A stretch of 64,000 nucleotides of DNA from Akkermansia muciniphila (GCA_963621665.1 CAVFEZ010000005.1:6005-70004); one strand, 5' to 3'. Positions 11,260-22,687 are shown, counted from the stretch's first letter. Numbers and translations: made by a program. Notes: generated from the sequence alone by a model not told the origin.

Positions 11260-11649
11260 ATGAAAAAATTCTTACTCATGAGCCTGATGATGCTGACCTT
11301 TGTCTGCACATCATTTGCCCAAAAGAAAGCAGAGATAAAATTCGAGAAAACTTGTATCAATATAGGAACATTCTCGGAAAGCAACCCTGTACAGAAATGC
11401 GTCTTCAAGTTCACCAACGTAGGCGATGCGCCACTGATTATCAATCAGGCCGTAGCCAGTTGCGGATGTACTGTCCCCAAATACACCAAGGCCCCCATAC
11501 AGCCGGGCGAAAAGGGAGAGATATCCGTCACCTATAATGGCAAGGGAAAATTTCCCGGCCACTTCAAAAAAAGCGTAACCATCCGCACCAATGGTGAGAC
11601 TGAGATGACACGCCTCTACATAGAAGGCGTCATGGAAGAGGCCCAATAA
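11260..11649 (+). CDS. DUF1573 domain exported protein
   Basis: Signal peptide; FKFTNVGDAPLII...ASCGCTVP...PIQPGEKGEI. Confidence 0.88.
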   Translation: MKKFLLMSLMMLTFVCTSFAQKKAEIKFEKTCINIGTFSESNPVQKCVFKFTNVGDAPLIINQAVASCGCTVPKYTKAPIQPGEKGEISVTYNGKGKFPGHFKKSVTIRTNGETEMTRLYIEGVMEEAQ

Positions 11650-11683
11650 AAGGTATGTTTCTACAATGCCGTAAACAATGTAC

Positions 11684-11719
11684 AATGGCTGTGTGGCATT
11701 AAGCCGACAGCCATTTTTT
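11684..11719 (+). terminator. Intrinsic terminator
   Basis: AATGGCTGT...ACAGCCATT stem followed by a T run. Confidence 0.7.
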
Positions 11720-11737
11720 CGTTTTCACGTCCATCAT

Positions 11738-12523
11738 ATGATTTTCTATTTCTCTGCTACAGGAAATACTGCATGGGCCGCACGCACCATTGCAGAGAGC
11801 ACCGGTGACCGCATCATATCCATGTCGGAAGCAAAAGAACGTTGTTACGATCTTTCCCCCGAGGAATCGATTGGATTCTGCATCCCTGTTCATGGATGGC
11901 GTCCGCCATCCATTGTTCTGCGATTTGTGCGCGAACTGCATATCGCCAATGCAGAACATCACTATACCTACATTCTCTGCACAGCAGGAGACACAACCGG
12001 CGAAACCCACGCCATACTGCAAAAGGAACTCGAAGCCGTCGGTATACATTGCGACGACTGGTTCGCCCTGCTTATGCCGGAATCCTATGTAGGTCTGCCT
12101 TTTATGGATGTCGACAATCCCGAAAACGAAAAACGGAAAATCAAACAAGCGCAGCACGACCTGCAAAAATATATTGCGAGCATAAAACAAGGCAATTGCC
12201 GGACGGGAAAGATCGCCACCCACATCACCCATGCCGGACGCTGGCCCAAAACGAACAGCCGTTTGCTCGGACCACTATTCCATAAATACCTGGTCAGCGA
12301 CCGCCGTTTCAAGGTCAAGGAAGAGCGTTGCATACGATGCGGGCGCTGTGCATCGGTTTGTCCAGTGGACGACATCAACGGTGGAAAGGGCCAAATACCG
12401 CAATGGAAACACAACGGCCACTGTATGACCTGCTTTTCCTGCTATCATCATTGCCCAACGCACGCCATAGAGTTCGGCCGCCAGACCTATGGCAAGGGCC
12501 AATACTTCATGGGCCACAAATAA
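11738..12523 (+). CDS. EFR1-family ferredoxin (flavodoxin-like domain plus 2x[4Fe-4S])
   Basis: YFSATGNT start; CIRCGRCASVCP and CMTCFSCYHHCP cluster motifs. Confidence 0.88.
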   Translation: MIFYFSATGNTAWAARTIAESTGDRIISMSEAKERCYDLSPEESIGFCIPVHGWRPPSIVLRFVRELHIANAEHHYTYILCTAGDTTGETHAILQKELEAVGIHCDDWFALLMPESYVGLPFMDVDNPENEKRKIKQAQHDLQKYIASIKQGNCRTGKIATHITHAGRWPKTNSRLLGPLFHKYLVSDRRFKVKEERCIRCGRCASVCPVDDINGGKGQIPQWKHNGHCMTCFSCYHHCPTHAIEFGRQTYGKGQYFMGHK

Positions 12524-12566
12524 CAAGAGTCCCAACATACGAAACAACAACGAGAACCATATGTAT

Positions 12567-14366
12567 ATGAAAAAAGCGCTTACTACACTTGTATTCGCCC
12601 TGTTGACCACAACATCATGGGCAGTCAACGCCTATCCCCACCCCATCACTGTCACACAAAAAGACGGCACCCGTCTTACCGTCATCGGATATGGCGATGA
12701 GCACCACCACTACTATACGACAACCGACGGCGCACTGCTTTTCCACCAAGGAAAAGATTTCTTCATCGCCCGCACAGAAGCAGACGGTACGTTGACCGCA
12801 ACCACTTGTCTTGCACATGATGCAGCCATGAGAAGCGACAACGAGCGCACACTTATCAAGTCGCAGGATATATCCCGCTATTTTAGCCATCAGCAGGACA
12901 TCCGTACAAAGAGCATGACAAAAGACGAGACTGTCAACGTACCTTATTTTACCCATACAGGCACCCCCACAGCAGTAGTCATTATGGTTGAGTTCAGCGA
13001 TATACAATACACCATCGACAGTGCCAACAGTGCCTACGATCAGTTTCTCAACAAACTGCGCACGCAAGACGGCACCCAAATGGTAGACTACGGCAACCAC
13101 GACCAAAGCAACTACGGAAGCGTGGCGCAATATTTCAAGGATATGAGTTCCGGCACATTCCAGCCGAATTTCAAAGTCCTTGGCCCCGTCAAACTCGACC
13201 ATCCCATCTCCTATTATGGAAGTGCAGAACGTACAGATCTGCTCATTCCGGATGCTTGCCAAAAGGCAAAAGATGTTCTCGGAACCGATTTTTCACTGTT
13301 CGATGAGAACAATGACGGCTACATCGACCTCGTATATGTTGTCTGCGCAGGTTACTCCGAAGCGTGGGGAAACGACACGAAATACATTTGGCCCCGCTCG
13401 GGTTCGAGAGATTTCTCCGAAACGTTTGACGGAAAGAAGTTAGGACGGTATGGTGTCTCCACCGAGTTGAACGGTATAGAGGGCGAGCAAGTAAAATATA
13501 TCGACGGCATCGGCACCTTCTGTCATGAATTTTCACACACAATGGGCCTGCCCGATTTCTACGTCACCAGCAGCAACACAGAGAGCAAGAAGGCAGAGAA
13601 TCAAGCCATGGAAGAATGGAGTCTTATGGACGCGGGAGAATACGTCAGCAACGGCTACTGTCCTACCGCATACACCGCATGGGAGCGCGCCTTCTTCGGA
13701 TGGGCCACATTGTCTGATCTGACCGAATCAAAGACCGGACTGACCTTGACCAATCTTGACAATGGCGGAACCGCCTATCAGGTAAAACACAAGACCAACA
13801 CCAACGAGGCCTTTGTCATGCAGAACATCCAACAGGAAGGATGGAACCGGAAACAACGCGGGCACGGACTGTTGGTCTACCACGTAGACTATGACCCGAC
13901 AATCTTCTCCGTCAACGTCAACTCCGTCAACAACACGATTGGACATCCCCGCATGACCGTCATTCCTGCAGACGGATTGCTGATGAACCGCAAGAATGAC
14001 AAATACGCCGAACTCACGACACAAGAGTTGAGTTCCGCCTACCGCAATGAAGAAGCAGGCGATGTATTCCCCGGACTGACCATTGTCAACAGTCTGAACT
14101 CAAGTATGGACTTGCCCAACGCGAAATGGTTTACAGACGACTCTGCACTTGATTTTTCTTTGACCGAGATAAAGGAAGATACCGAATCAAAGACCGTCTC
14201 GTTCAATTTCGTGTCCTCCTCGTCTACCGGTATCAAGGACAATGTAGTGCCTGAAGACACCGACACCGATGTATACGCCATCGACGGCACTTGGGTCGGC
14301 AACGACACATCACGTCTTCCGCAAGGCATCTACATCAGAGGCCACAAGAAGATTGTCGTGAAATAA
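12567..14366 (+). CDS. M6 (immune inhibitor A-like) metalloprotease with T9SS-type C-terminal tail
   Basis: Signal peptide, HEFSHTMGLPD zinc motif, WSLMDAG Met-turn, C-terminal VYAIDG...LPQGIYIRGHKKIVVK. Confidence 0.85.
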   Translation: MKKALTTLVFALLTTTSWAVNAYPHPITVTQKDGTRLTVIGYGDEHHHYYTTTDGALLFHQGKDFFIARTEADGTLTATTCLAHDAAMRSDNERTLIKSQDISRYFSHQQDIRTKSMTKDETVNVPYFTHTGTPTAVVIMVEFSDIQYTIDSANSAYDQFLNKLRTQDGTQMVDYGNHDQSNYGSVAQYFKDMSSGTFQPNFKVLGPVKLDHPISYYGSAERTDLLIPDACQKAKDVLGTDFSLFDENNDGYIDLVYVVCAGYSEAWGNDTKYIWPRSGSRDFSETFDGKKLGRYGVSTELNGIEGEQVKYIDGIGTFCHEFSHTMGLPDFYVTSSNTESKKAENQAMEEWSLMDAGEYVSNGYCPTAYTAWERAFFGWATLSDLTESKTGLTLTNLDNGGTAYQVKHKTNTNEAFVMQNIQQEGWNRKQRGHGLLVYHVDYDPTIFSVNVNSVNNTIGHPRMTVIPADGLLMNRKNDKYAELTTQELSSAYRNEEAGDVFPGLTIVNSLNSSMDLPNAKWFTDDSALDFSLTEIKEDTESKTVSFNFVSSSSTGIKDNVVPEDTDTDVYAIDGTWVGNDTSRLPQGIYIRGHKKIVVK

Positions 14367-14429
14367 CGCGGTCTCCGCCCTACCCTACAAAAATACCCAT
14401 ACACCATGACCCACACCATGGGAAAACAA

Positions 14430-17400
14430 ATGACTATCTATAAGGCGAGCGCTGGAAGTGGAAAGACTTTCACGCTCGCCACAGAATACATCAAACTGCT
14501 CATCAACAATCCGCAGAGTTACCGCAACATTTTGGCCGTCACCTTCACCAACAAGGCTACTGGAGAAATGAAACAGCGTATTCTCAGCCAACTCTACGGT
14601 ATATGGAAGCAGTTGCCCGACTCTGCAAGTTACACGGAGAAGATCACAAAAGAGTTGGGCGTCAGTCCACAGTATGCCGCCAATCGTGCAGGCCTCGCCC
14701 TACGGCTCATCATACACAACTATGGGTATTTTCGTATACAGACCATCGACACTTTTTTTCAGAGCGTACTGCGCAACTTGGCCCGCGAACTTGACCTGAC
14801 GGCAAACCTGCGAATCGAACTGAACGACAAACAAATAGAATACAACGCTGTCGACAGTCTCATCGAAGACCTTGGTCCTCACGACGATACGCTGACATGG
14901 ATTATGTCTTATATCAATGACAATATCGAGGAGGAAAAAGACTGGAATGTCATCGGGGCCATCAAAAGTTTCGGCGAATATATCTTCAATGAGCGGTATA
15001 AGGCCAACAGCAAGCAACTCAACGAAATACTCCTGCAACCTGATTTCTTCACGAACTACAAGAACAAACTGTTCGCCATCAAGAATCAGGCTAACGAAAA
15101 TGTCAAAAAGCATGGCCAACAGTTTCTTGACATCATTGCCCAACATGGTATAGATGTCTACGATTTCTACCAGGGAAAAAGCGGAGTCGGTGCATACTTC
15201 ACTAAACTTAGCCAAGGACTGCTCAATACCCCCCCCAACAAATACGTTACCGCTGCACTTGAAGGTGCCGACAACTGGGTCGCAAAAAGTATGAAGGACA
15301 AGCAGCTGCAGCAGACCATACGCAGTTTGGCTGAAACTACATTGATAGACCTTCTCCGACAGACCGAAAACGAGCGAGCACAAGCATGGCGCAATTACCA
15401 GTCGGCCACGCTTACACTGGTTCACCTCAATCAGTTGCGCCTGCTCAACCGTATCGAAGCCAAAGTGCGAGAGATGAACACCGAAGCCAACCGGTTTCTG
15501 CTCAGCGACACACAATCACTGCTCCATGCCCTTATCCGTGACACCGATTCTCCATTTATCTTCGAAAAGATAGGTACCCAGTTGGAACACATCATGATCG
15601 ATGAGTTTCAGGATACGAGCACCACGCAATGGGCGAACTTCAAAGTGCTTTTGGAAGAATGCATGAGCCATGGCCAGCAGGGCAACCTAATCGTCGGCGA
15701 CGTCAAGCAAAGCATCTACAGATGGCGTGCCGGTGACTGGCGCCTTCTCAACAATATAGAAACACATTTCGCCCATCCGGAGGACAGACTCTCATTCTGT
15801 CCGCTCGGCACCAACTACCGGTCGTCAAGAAAGATTATCACCTTCAACAATATGTTCTTCCGGTTGGCTGCCAACCAAGAATATACCGACTTGTCCGACA
15901 TCAATGAGAACTTAGCCCAACAGATACTGAAAGCCTATGCAGATGTCGAGCAACAAGTTCCGGAGCAAAAGCCCGACACAGGATACGTCAGGGTGACACT
16001 TACGCCAAAGAAACAAGAAAAAGACCGTCAACTGGAAATTATCCGCGACACCATCCGCGAACTGCTTTCGCAAAACGTGGCTCCAAGCCAAATCGCAATA
16101 TTGGCCCGCGCCAACAACACGCTACACGAAATAGGCGAATATCTGTCAAAAGAGATTCCGGAGATAAGACTGATTTCCGACGAGGCATTCACGCTTGACA
16201 GTTCCTTGGCTGTAGACATCATCGTTGAAGCCATGCATTGCCTGGTTCACCCGGAAGACAAGTTGGCAGAAGCCACACTCGTCAAGGCCTACCACAATCA
16301 TGTGCTTCGCGATGGACTGACAGATAGCGAACTACTGGTGTGCGAAGACAAATCAGCCGCACTTCCCAAGACCTTCATCCAAGAGCGGGAACACTTGTTG
16401 TCCACCCCCATCTACGACCTTGCAGAACAACTATATACCCTATTCGGTCTGAAAGCCCTCAAAGGGCAGGAGGCTTACCTGTGCGAATTCTACGATGCAC
16501 TCAACGACTTTCTTCAAGACAAGTCCACCGACATCGACTCGTTCACTGACGAATGGGAGAAATCCATTCACAAGAGAAGCATCCAAACCAATGAGACCAA
16601 TGGCATCAGACTCATCACCATTCATAAAAGCAAAGGACTGGAGTACGAAAATGTCATCGTACCCTACTGCGACTGGCAAAAAGAGAAGTCTACCGCTTTT
16701 TGGTGTTCCCCAAAAGAACCACCGTTCAACGCTCTTCCGTTGGTATCCATAGACTATAAAAAAGAAGTAAAAGACAGTATCTACAAAGATGAATACAACG
16801 AGGAACATCTGCAAAAGACCGTAGACAACCTCAATGTCTTGTATGTTGCGTTCACCCGTGCAGAAAAGCGGCTCTTTGTCATCGGAAAGAAAGGGGACAA
16901 CGGCACACAATCCAAATTAATAGAGGACGTGGTCACCAAGTTGGAGCAGCAACTCCCCGGCAGCCAAACAACAGAAGGCACGGATGAGGCACCTTTCGTA
17001 TACGAATACGGCAGCATCGGCGAAAATTCCGAAAGCCACACAAAAAAGACAAGCGAAAACGTGTTCTTGTCTGACGTGGAGAAAGTAGACGTACACATTT
17101 CGTCCCAGACATCAACTGCCAATATCGATTTCCGGCAAAGCAACAAAAGCCAGCAATTTGTCTCCGGAGAGGAGGAAGACCAGCAACAGTCATACATCAA
17201 GACAGGAAACCTGCTGCACAACCTTTTCGCAAGCATACGGACAACGGCAGATGTAGACAAAGCACTCGACCAATTGGAAGCCGACGGTCTACTGTCAGAA
17301 GGCGGCCTCAGCCACCAGAAGATACAGCATCTGCTCCAGAAAAGATTTGCGACCCCGCAAGTGGCCGACTGGTTCTCTGACCGATGGCAGGTGTACAACG

Positions 17401-17636
17401 AATGTACGATACTCTCCCTCGATGAAGAGACACACGAGGTTGTCGAGCACCGCCCCGACAGAGTCATCACAGACGGACACCAGATTGTGATTATCGATTT
17501 CAAGTTTGGCACACCCAAACCACAATATCACCAACAAGTAAGACAGTACATGGATCTTGTCACCAGCATGGGTGAAAAAAATGTCAGAGGATACCTGTGG
17601 TATGTATACACCAATAAAATAGAGGAAGTGAAATAA
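14430..17636 (+). CDS. AddA/RecB-like UvrD helicase-nuclease
   Basis: ASAGSGKT, TFTNKA, DEFQDT, GDVKQSIYRWR, TIHKSKGLE, YVAFTRA; C-terminal RPDR..IIDFK nuclease. Start could be 14406-14430. Confidence 0.9.
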   Translation: MTIYKASAGSGKTFTLATEYIKLLINNPQSYRNILAVTFTNKATGEMKQRILSQLYGIWKQLPDSASYTEKITKELGVSPQYAANRAGLALRLIIHNYGYFRIQTIDTFFQSVLRNLARELDLTANLRIELNDKQIEYNAVDSLIEDLGPHDDTLTWIMSYINDNIEEEKDWNVIGAIKSFGEYIFNERYKANSKQLNEILLQPDFFTNYKNKLFAIKNQANENVKKHGQQFLDIIAQHGIDVYDFYQGKSGVGAYFTKLSQGLLNTPPNKYVTAALEGADNWVAKSMKDKQLQQTIRSLAETTLIDLLRQTENERAQAWRNYQSATLTLVHLNQLRLLNRIEAKVREMNTEANRFLLSDTQSLLHALIRDTDSPFIFEKIGTQLEHIMIDEFQDTSTTQWANFKVLLEECMSHGQQGNLIVGDVKQSIYRWRAGDWRLLNNIETHFAHPEDRLSFCPLGTNYRSSRKIITFNNMFFRLAANQEYTDLSDINENLAQQILKAYADVEQQVPEQKPDTGYVRVTLTPKKQEKDRQLEIIRDTIRELLSQNVAPSQIAILARANNTLHEIGEYLSKEIPEIRLISDEAFTLDSSLAVDIIVEAMHCLVHPEDKLAEATLVKAYHNHVLRDGLTDSELLVCEDKSAALPKTFIQEREHLLSTPIYDLAEQLYTLFGLKALKGQEAYLCEFYDALNDFLQDKSTDIDSFTDEWEKSIHKRSIQTNETNGIRLITIHKSKGLEYENVIVPYCDWQKEKSTAFWCSPKEPPFNALPLVSIDYKKEVKDSIYKDEYNEEHLQKTVDNLNVLYVAFTRAEKRLFVIGKKGDNGTQSKLIEDVVTKLEQQLPGSQTTEGTDEAPFVYEYGSIGENSESHTKKTSENVFLSDVEKVDVHISSQTSTANIDFRQSNKSQQFVSGEEEDQQQSYIKTGNLLHNLFASIRTTADVDKALDQLEADGLLSEGGLSHQKIQHLLQKRFATPQVADWFSDRWQVYNECTILSLDEETHEVVEHRPDRVITDGHQIVIIDFKFGTPKPQYHQQVRQYMDLVTSMGEKNVRGYLWYVYTNKIEEVK

Positions 17637-20578
17637 TGAAGGCGCAAACAAAAACATTTCTGGAATATGTCGCAGAAGACATGATTGCCAAGTGGGGAAC
17701 CAATCTGTCGCGCACCGCCATCGTTTTCCCCAACAAGCGTGCGGCACTCTTTCTCAATGAGGCACTCGTACAGGCTGCCCGGCAACCGGTATGGAGTCCG
17801 ACGTACATCACCATCAGCGATCTTTTCCGCCAGCACTCCGCTCTCGAAGTGGCCGATCCGATCAAGCTCATCTGCGACCTGCACAAGTCGTTCACCCACT
17901 CCACCCACTCCACCGAGACACTCGACCATTTCTATGCATGGGGACAGTTGCTGCTGGCCGACTTCGACGACATCGACAAGAATATGGCAGATGCCGAGAA
18001 AGTGTTCAGCAATCTCCGCAACCTTCACGCCTACGACGACACGTCGTACCTCACCGACGAGCAGAGGGAATTGTTGCGCCAGTTTTTCAACACCTTCAAC
18101 GACGGGCACGACACCGAACTGAAACGGCGTTTCGAAGAGTTGTGGAATCATTTCGGCGACATCTACACCCACTACAATACACGTCTCCGCCAGCAAGGTC
18201 TTGCCTATGAAGGTGCCCTCTACCGCGAAGTAGCCACCGATGAAGATCAGACCTATGAGTACGACAGATACATTTTCGTCGGATTCAATATGCTGCAGCG
18301 CGTAGAGCAGAAACTGTTCGAGCGTCTCAAGAAGGAAGACAAAGCCTTTTTCTATTGGGACTTCGACTCCTACTATATGCCCAATGGGAAATTGCCCAAC
18401 GCCATACGCAACGAGGCCGGACACTACATTGCACAATATCTCAGTGCTTTTCCAAACGAACTCGACATCCACAACGAGGACATATACGCAAATTTTGCAA
18501 AGCCCAAAACCATATCCTTCATCAACGCCACCACTGAAAACATTCAGGCCCGGTATGTGGCTCAATGGCTTGGAGAGAAAGAAAGGCTGAAGGCCGGTCG
18601 ACATACAGCCATTGTGATGTGTGACGAGAATGTGCTCCAGGCCGTACTGCACAATCTTCCGTCCGAAACAGACAAGGTAAACGTCACTACAGGTTATCCT
18701 CTCGGACAGACACCTGTAGCCTCACTCATCAGCCAGTTGCTGGATCTGAGAACCTTGGGCATACGCAAGCAAGCCGATAAATACAATCTGCACTATGTCA
18801 ACAAAGTCCTGAGACATCCCTACGCAAAATACCTGTCAGAACAATCATCCACACTGCTACAGGAACTCATAGACAATCACATCTACTACCCTTCACAGGA
18901 AAGACTGGGAATAGACGATGGCCTGAAGCGACTCTTCTGCCCACTCACCCGATACGCTCTTGCATCAGACCAAACGCTCAGCGCCGACATACAGTTCAAC
19001 ATACTGTTGATCAGATGGATGGCCGATCAAGTGCAACAGATTGGCATACAAGGGAAAGATGATGCTGACGCTCTCTTCCAAGAATCTGTATTCCGTGCCT
19101 ACACCATACTCAGCCGTTTGGAAACCCTTTCCGCCAATGGAGACATTGACGTGAATGTCATCACCCTGCGACGCCTCATCACACAACTCATTGACTCCAC
19201 CTCTGTACCCTTCCACGGAGAACCAGCCATCGGTCTGCAGATAATGGGTGTACTTGAGACCCGCAACATTGACTTCGACCACTTGCTGTTGCTTTCTTGT
19301 TCCGAGGGCAATATGCCCAAGGGTGTCAATGATGCATCTTTCATACCCTATTCCCTACGCAAGGCTTATGGTCTGACCACCATCGACAACAAGGTGGCCA
19401 TCTACTCCTACTACTTCCACCGATTGCTCCAACGTGCCAACGACATCACCATTGCCTACTGCGATGTGCAAGTCGACGGAAAGTCAAAAGAGCCCAGCCG
19501 CTTCCTTCTGCAGTTGCTGGTAGAAAGTCCGCTGAAAATACAGCGGTTGTCCATGCAGACTGGTGACAACACGACAGACCGCAATGTACACCCCATTGTG
19601 AAGGACGACCATGTCATGCAAAAAATGCACAGCATAGAATACCTGTCACCATCGGCCATCAACCGTTACATAGACTGTCCTCTACGATTTTTCTATCAGC
19701 ACGTAGCCAATATCAAGGAACCTGATAGCGGTGATGACATCTCGGACAACCGTATGTTTGGTCTCATCTTCCACCGTGCAGCCGAACTGGTCTACCGTCA
19801 GGCACTCGCCGACGGTGGCAACGTAAGCAAACCGTACATTGACAAATTATTGCAAGAGGAAGGCGTCATAGAGAGAATCGTAGACCAGGCTTTCGATGAC
19901 GAACTGTTCAAGACTGACGGCAAGAGGTCATCACGCCCCGAATACAACGGTCTGCAAATCATCAACCGCAGAGTGATCATCGGTTATCTACGCCAATTGC
20001 TCAACATTGATAGACAACTGGCTCCGTTCAGGATACTGGGTCTCGAGAAAAAGGTCAGCACAACGCTGAATGTCTGCGTTCCTGGCCATCCTGCATTTCC
20101 ACTGCACATCGGCGGAATCATAGACCGCCTTGACGCAGTGACCGACGCAGACGGAAAGACCACCATTCGTGTCATTGACTACAAAACAGGAAGGCCAAAA
20201 GAGGCAAATGTAAAATCGGTCGAAGATATATTCTGCCGCAATGGGAGCACAAAGCAATTGGCTGAATATGCCTTTCAGACCATCTTCTACGCCAATATCA
20301 TTGACCAATCTTCCGTACTGAATGCCGACAAGATGCCGGTATCACCCGGTCTGCTCTTTGTCAAGCAAAAAGTGACAGACCAATACAGCCCGATACTGTG
20401 CATTGACAAATCGCCTATTACTGACGTTAGGCGCTATCAGGAAGATTTCACCAAAGAACTTCAACAGGTACTTGCTGATATGTTCGACCCTGACAAGCCG
20501 TTCACTCCGACAGACAACCGCGAGCAATGTACCAACAAAAAATTTGAATGTCCATTCAAAAAACTCTGCTACCTGTAA
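17636..20578 (+). CDS. AddB-like PD-(D/E)XK nuclease subunit
   Basis: VFPNKRA, LSPSAINRYIDCP, GIIDRLD, IDYKTG; terminal C..C..C that with the upstream Cys fits the AddB Fe-S staple. Translationally coupled to the helicase. Confidence 0.87.
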   Translation: MKAQTKTFLEYVAEDMIAKWGTNLSRTAIVFPNKRAALFLNEALVQAARQPVWSPTYITISDLFRQHSALEVADPIKLICDLHKSFTHSTHSTETLDHFYAWGQLLLADFDDIDKNMADAEKVFSNLRNLHAYDDTSYLTDEQRELLRQFFNTFNDGHDTELKRRFEELWNHFGDIYTHYNTRLRQQGLAYEGALYREVATDEDQTYEYDRYIFVGFNMLQRVEQKLFERLKKEDKAFFYWDFDSYYMPNGKLPNAIRNEAGHYIAQYLSAFPNELDIHNEDIYANFAKPKTISFINATTENIQARYVAQWLGEKERLKAGRHTAIVMCDENVLQAVLHNLPSETDKVNVTTGYPLGQTPVASLISQLLDLRTLGIRKQADKYNLHYVNKVLRHPYAKYLSEQSSTLLQELIDNHIYYPSQERLGIDDGLKRLFCPLTRYALASDQTLSADIQFNILLIRWMADQVQQIGIQGKDDADALFQESVFRAYTILSRLETLSANGDIDVNVITLRRLITQLIDSTSVPFHGEPAIGLQIMGVLETRNIDFDHLLLLSCSEGNMPKGVNDASFIPYSLRKAYGLTTIDNKVAIYSYYFHRLLQRANDITIAYCDVQVDGKSKEPSRFLLQLLVESPLKIQRLSMQTGDNTTDRNVHPIVKDDHVMQKMHSIEYLSPSAINRYIDCPLRFFYQHVANIKEPDSGDDISDNRMFGLIFHRAAELVYRQALADGGNVSKPYIDKLLQEEGVIERIVDQAFDDELFKTDGKRSSRPEYNGLQIINRRVIIGYLRQLLNIDRQLAPFRILGLEKKVSTTLNVCVPGHPAFPLHIGGIIDRLDAVTDADGKTTIRVIDYKTGRPKEANVKSVEDIFCRNGSTKQLAEYAFQTIFYANIIDQSSVLNADKMPVSPGLLFVKQKVTDQYSPILCIDKSPITDVRRYQEDFTKELQQVLADMFDPDKPFTPTDNREQCTNKKFECPFKKLCYL

Positions 20579-20628
20579 GTATACACAGCGTCTTCCGTAT
20601 CAAGCCAAATTCCACAGAGTCACCCAAA

Positions 20629-20676
20629 TGAAAGAGCCAAGGACAGGTCTGCAAAGACACGTCCTTGGCTCTTTCA
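20629..20676. terminator. Bidirectional terminator between convergent addB and ugd
   Basis: 16-bp inverted repeat TGAAAGAGCCAAGGAC/GTCCTTGGCTCTTTCA. Confidence 0.75.
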
Positions 20677-20699
20677 CCGTTGGTGGGTTCGGTTTGCAA

Positions 20700-22025
20700 T
20701 CAGTCGCGTTGGAACAGGTCGCGCGTATAGACTTTCTCTTTCGCATCGTCAAGACAAGCGTCATACCTATTGGCAATGATTGCCTGGCTCTGCTGCTTGA
20801 AGGCGGCAAGATCGTTGACCACCTTGCTGCCGAAGAACGTGCTTCCGTCCTCAAGGGTAGGTTCATACACAATCACCTCGGCACCTTTTGCCTTGATACG
20901 CTTCATGATACCCTGTATGGCAGACTGGCGGAAATTGTCGCTGTTGCTCTTCATCGTCAGACGATAGACTCCGACAACACAATTGTGTTCTTTCTGCACA
21001 TCATAACTGCTGTTCTCGTCATAACCGTAGTAGCCGGCCTTCTTGAGTACAGCATCGGCAATATAGTCCTTACGTGTACGGTTGCTTTCCACGATGGCCT
21101 CAATAAGATTTTCGGGTACATCACGATAGTTGGCCAACAGTTGTTTGGTATCCTTCGGCAGACAATAGCCGCCATAACCGAACGAAGGATTGTTGTAGTG
21201 CGTTCCGATACGGGGATCCAATCCTACGCCCTGAATGATAGAACGGGAATCAAGGCCTTTGACCTCGGCGTAGGTATCCAGTTCGTTGAAATAACTGACA
21301 CGCAGCGCCAGATAGGTATTGGCAAACAGTTTGACGGCCTCTGCCTCTTTCGCTCCCATATACAAGGTGTCGATATTCTCCTTGATGGCCCCTTCCTGCA
21401 AAAGTGCTGCAAAGGTCTTGGCGGCTTCCTCCAGCATCTCCACATCTGTCACCGACGAGATGGCCTTGTTTTCCTCAGCGAATATATCCTTGTCTATCAG
21501 TTTCGGATAACCTACGATGATGCGGCTCGGATAGAGATTGTCATACAAAGCCTTGCTTTCTCTGAGAAATTCGGGAGAAAAGAGCAGATTGAATTTCTTC
21601 ACGCCCTTCTGTGCATACTTCAGATAGAGGTTGCGTGTATAACCTACGGGAATGGTCGACTTGATGACCATCACTGCATCGGGGTTGACTTCGAGCACAA
21701 GATCGATCACTTCCTCTACGTGCGACGTATCGAAATAGTTCTTCACTGGGTCGTAATTGGTCGGTGCCGCTATCACGACAAAGTCAGCATCGGCATAGGC
21801 CGCACGCCCGTCAAGCGTAGCCTCAAGCATCAAGGGCTTTTCGGCCAGATACTTTTCTATGTAGTCGTCCTGGATGGGGGATATATGGTTGTTCAGTTTC
21901 TCTACCTTTTCGGGGACCACGTCGACAGCCTTCACCTGATGGTGTTGGGACAACAAGGTAGCGATACTGAGACCTACGTAGCCAGTACCGGCTACAGCAA
22001 TCTTCAAGTCTTTGAATTCTCTCAT
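20700..22025 (-). CDS. ugd: UDP-glucose 6-dehydrogenase
   Basis: [47 protein letters not shown]. Confidence 0.93.
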   Translation of the reverse strand: MREFKDLKIAVAGTGYVGLSIATLLSQHHQVKAVDVVPEKVEKLNNHISPIQDDYIEKYLAEKPLMLEATLDGRAAYADADFVVIAAPTNYDPVKNYFDTSHVEEVIDLVLEVNPDAVMVIKSTIPVGYTRNLYLKYAQKGVKKFNLLFSPEFLRESKALYDNLYPSRIIVGYPKLIDKDIFAEENKAISSVTDVEMLEEAAKTFAALLQEGAIKENIDTLYMGAKEAEAVKLFANTYLALRVSYFNELDTYAEVKGLDSRSIIQGVGLDPRIGTHYNNPSFGYGGYCLPKDTKQLLANYRDVPENLIEAIVESNRTRKDYIADAVLKKAGYYGYDENSSYDVQKEHNCVVGVYRLTMKSNSDNFRQSAIQGIMKRIKAKGAEVIVYEPTLEDGSTFFGSKVVNDLAAFKQQSQAIIANRYDACLDDAKEKVYTRDLFQRD

Positions 22026-22120
22026 AACGAAACTATTGTTCATCTTTTGTTTATGTCGCTAAATTACCATTTTTTCCCGAAAGTGCCAAACATACAGTGT
22101 GGATATTGGCAAAAATGCCT

Positions 22121-22128
22121 TACCTTTG
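22121..22128 (+). promoter_or_regulatory. -7 promoter element
   Basis: TACCTTTG upstream of the HD-domain gene. Confidence 0.6.
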
Positions 22129-22160
22129 CAGCATAACCATACGACTGTAATCAAGACACA

Positions 22161-22685
22161 ATGGAATACAAGCACGCAAAACTGATGGCGGCCATGGTGG
22201 AATATGACAAGGGAGACGCTCCCCGTATACAACATTTCATCAAGGTACACGATTTCGCCGCTACGATTGCACGATTGGAAAACGTAGACGACGAGACCAC
22301 CTTTATTCTCGAAACCGCTGCCATTCTACACGATATAGGCATACATGCCAGCGAAGAGAAGTACGGCAATGCCGGCGGGAAGCACCAAGAGGAATTGGGA
22401 CCTGCAGAAGCCCTGAAACTGATGGAAGCAGTAGGAGGATACACAGAGGCACAGATGCAGCGCGTGTGCTTTCTGATTGCTCATCACCATACCTACAACG
22501 AGGTGGAAGGCATAGACTGGCAGATACTGCTCGAAGCCGACTTTTTGGTCAACGCCTTCGAAGACCACCTTTCACAAGAAAGCATTTTGACATTTGAAAA
22601 GCGCGTATTCCGCACAACGTCAGGACGTTGCCTGCTACACGAAATGTTCATACAGCCCCGCATCGACCCACAGAGCAAAGAGTGA
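22161..22685 (+). CDS. HD-domain phosphohydrolase
   Basis: RIQHFIKVH, AILHDIG, IAHHHTY, LEADFLVN. Confidence 0.87.
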   Translation: MEYKHAKLMAAMVEYDKGDAPRIQHFIKVHDFAATIARLENVDDETTFILETAAILHDIGIHASEEKYGNAGGKHQEELGPAEALKLMEAVGGYTEAQMQRVCFLIAHHHTYNEVEGIDWQILLEADFLVNAFEDHLSQESILTFEKRVFRTTSGRCLLHEMFIQPRIDPQSKE

Positions 22686-22687
22686 AA

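Noticed and set aside
15229..15236. C8 homopolymer in addA as a phase-variation tract
   Set aside because: Short, in frame (Thr-Pro-Pro) and in a housekeeping repair gene.
17636..20578. Cas4 or defence nuclease interpretation
   Set aside because: The Fe-S PD-(D/E)XK domain is at the end of a 980-aa protein coupled to a UvrD helicase, which is ordinary AddAB.
20403..22136. 577-aa + strand ORF
   Set aside because: Antisense shadow of ugd; no recognisable motifs and explained by codon bias on the coding strand.
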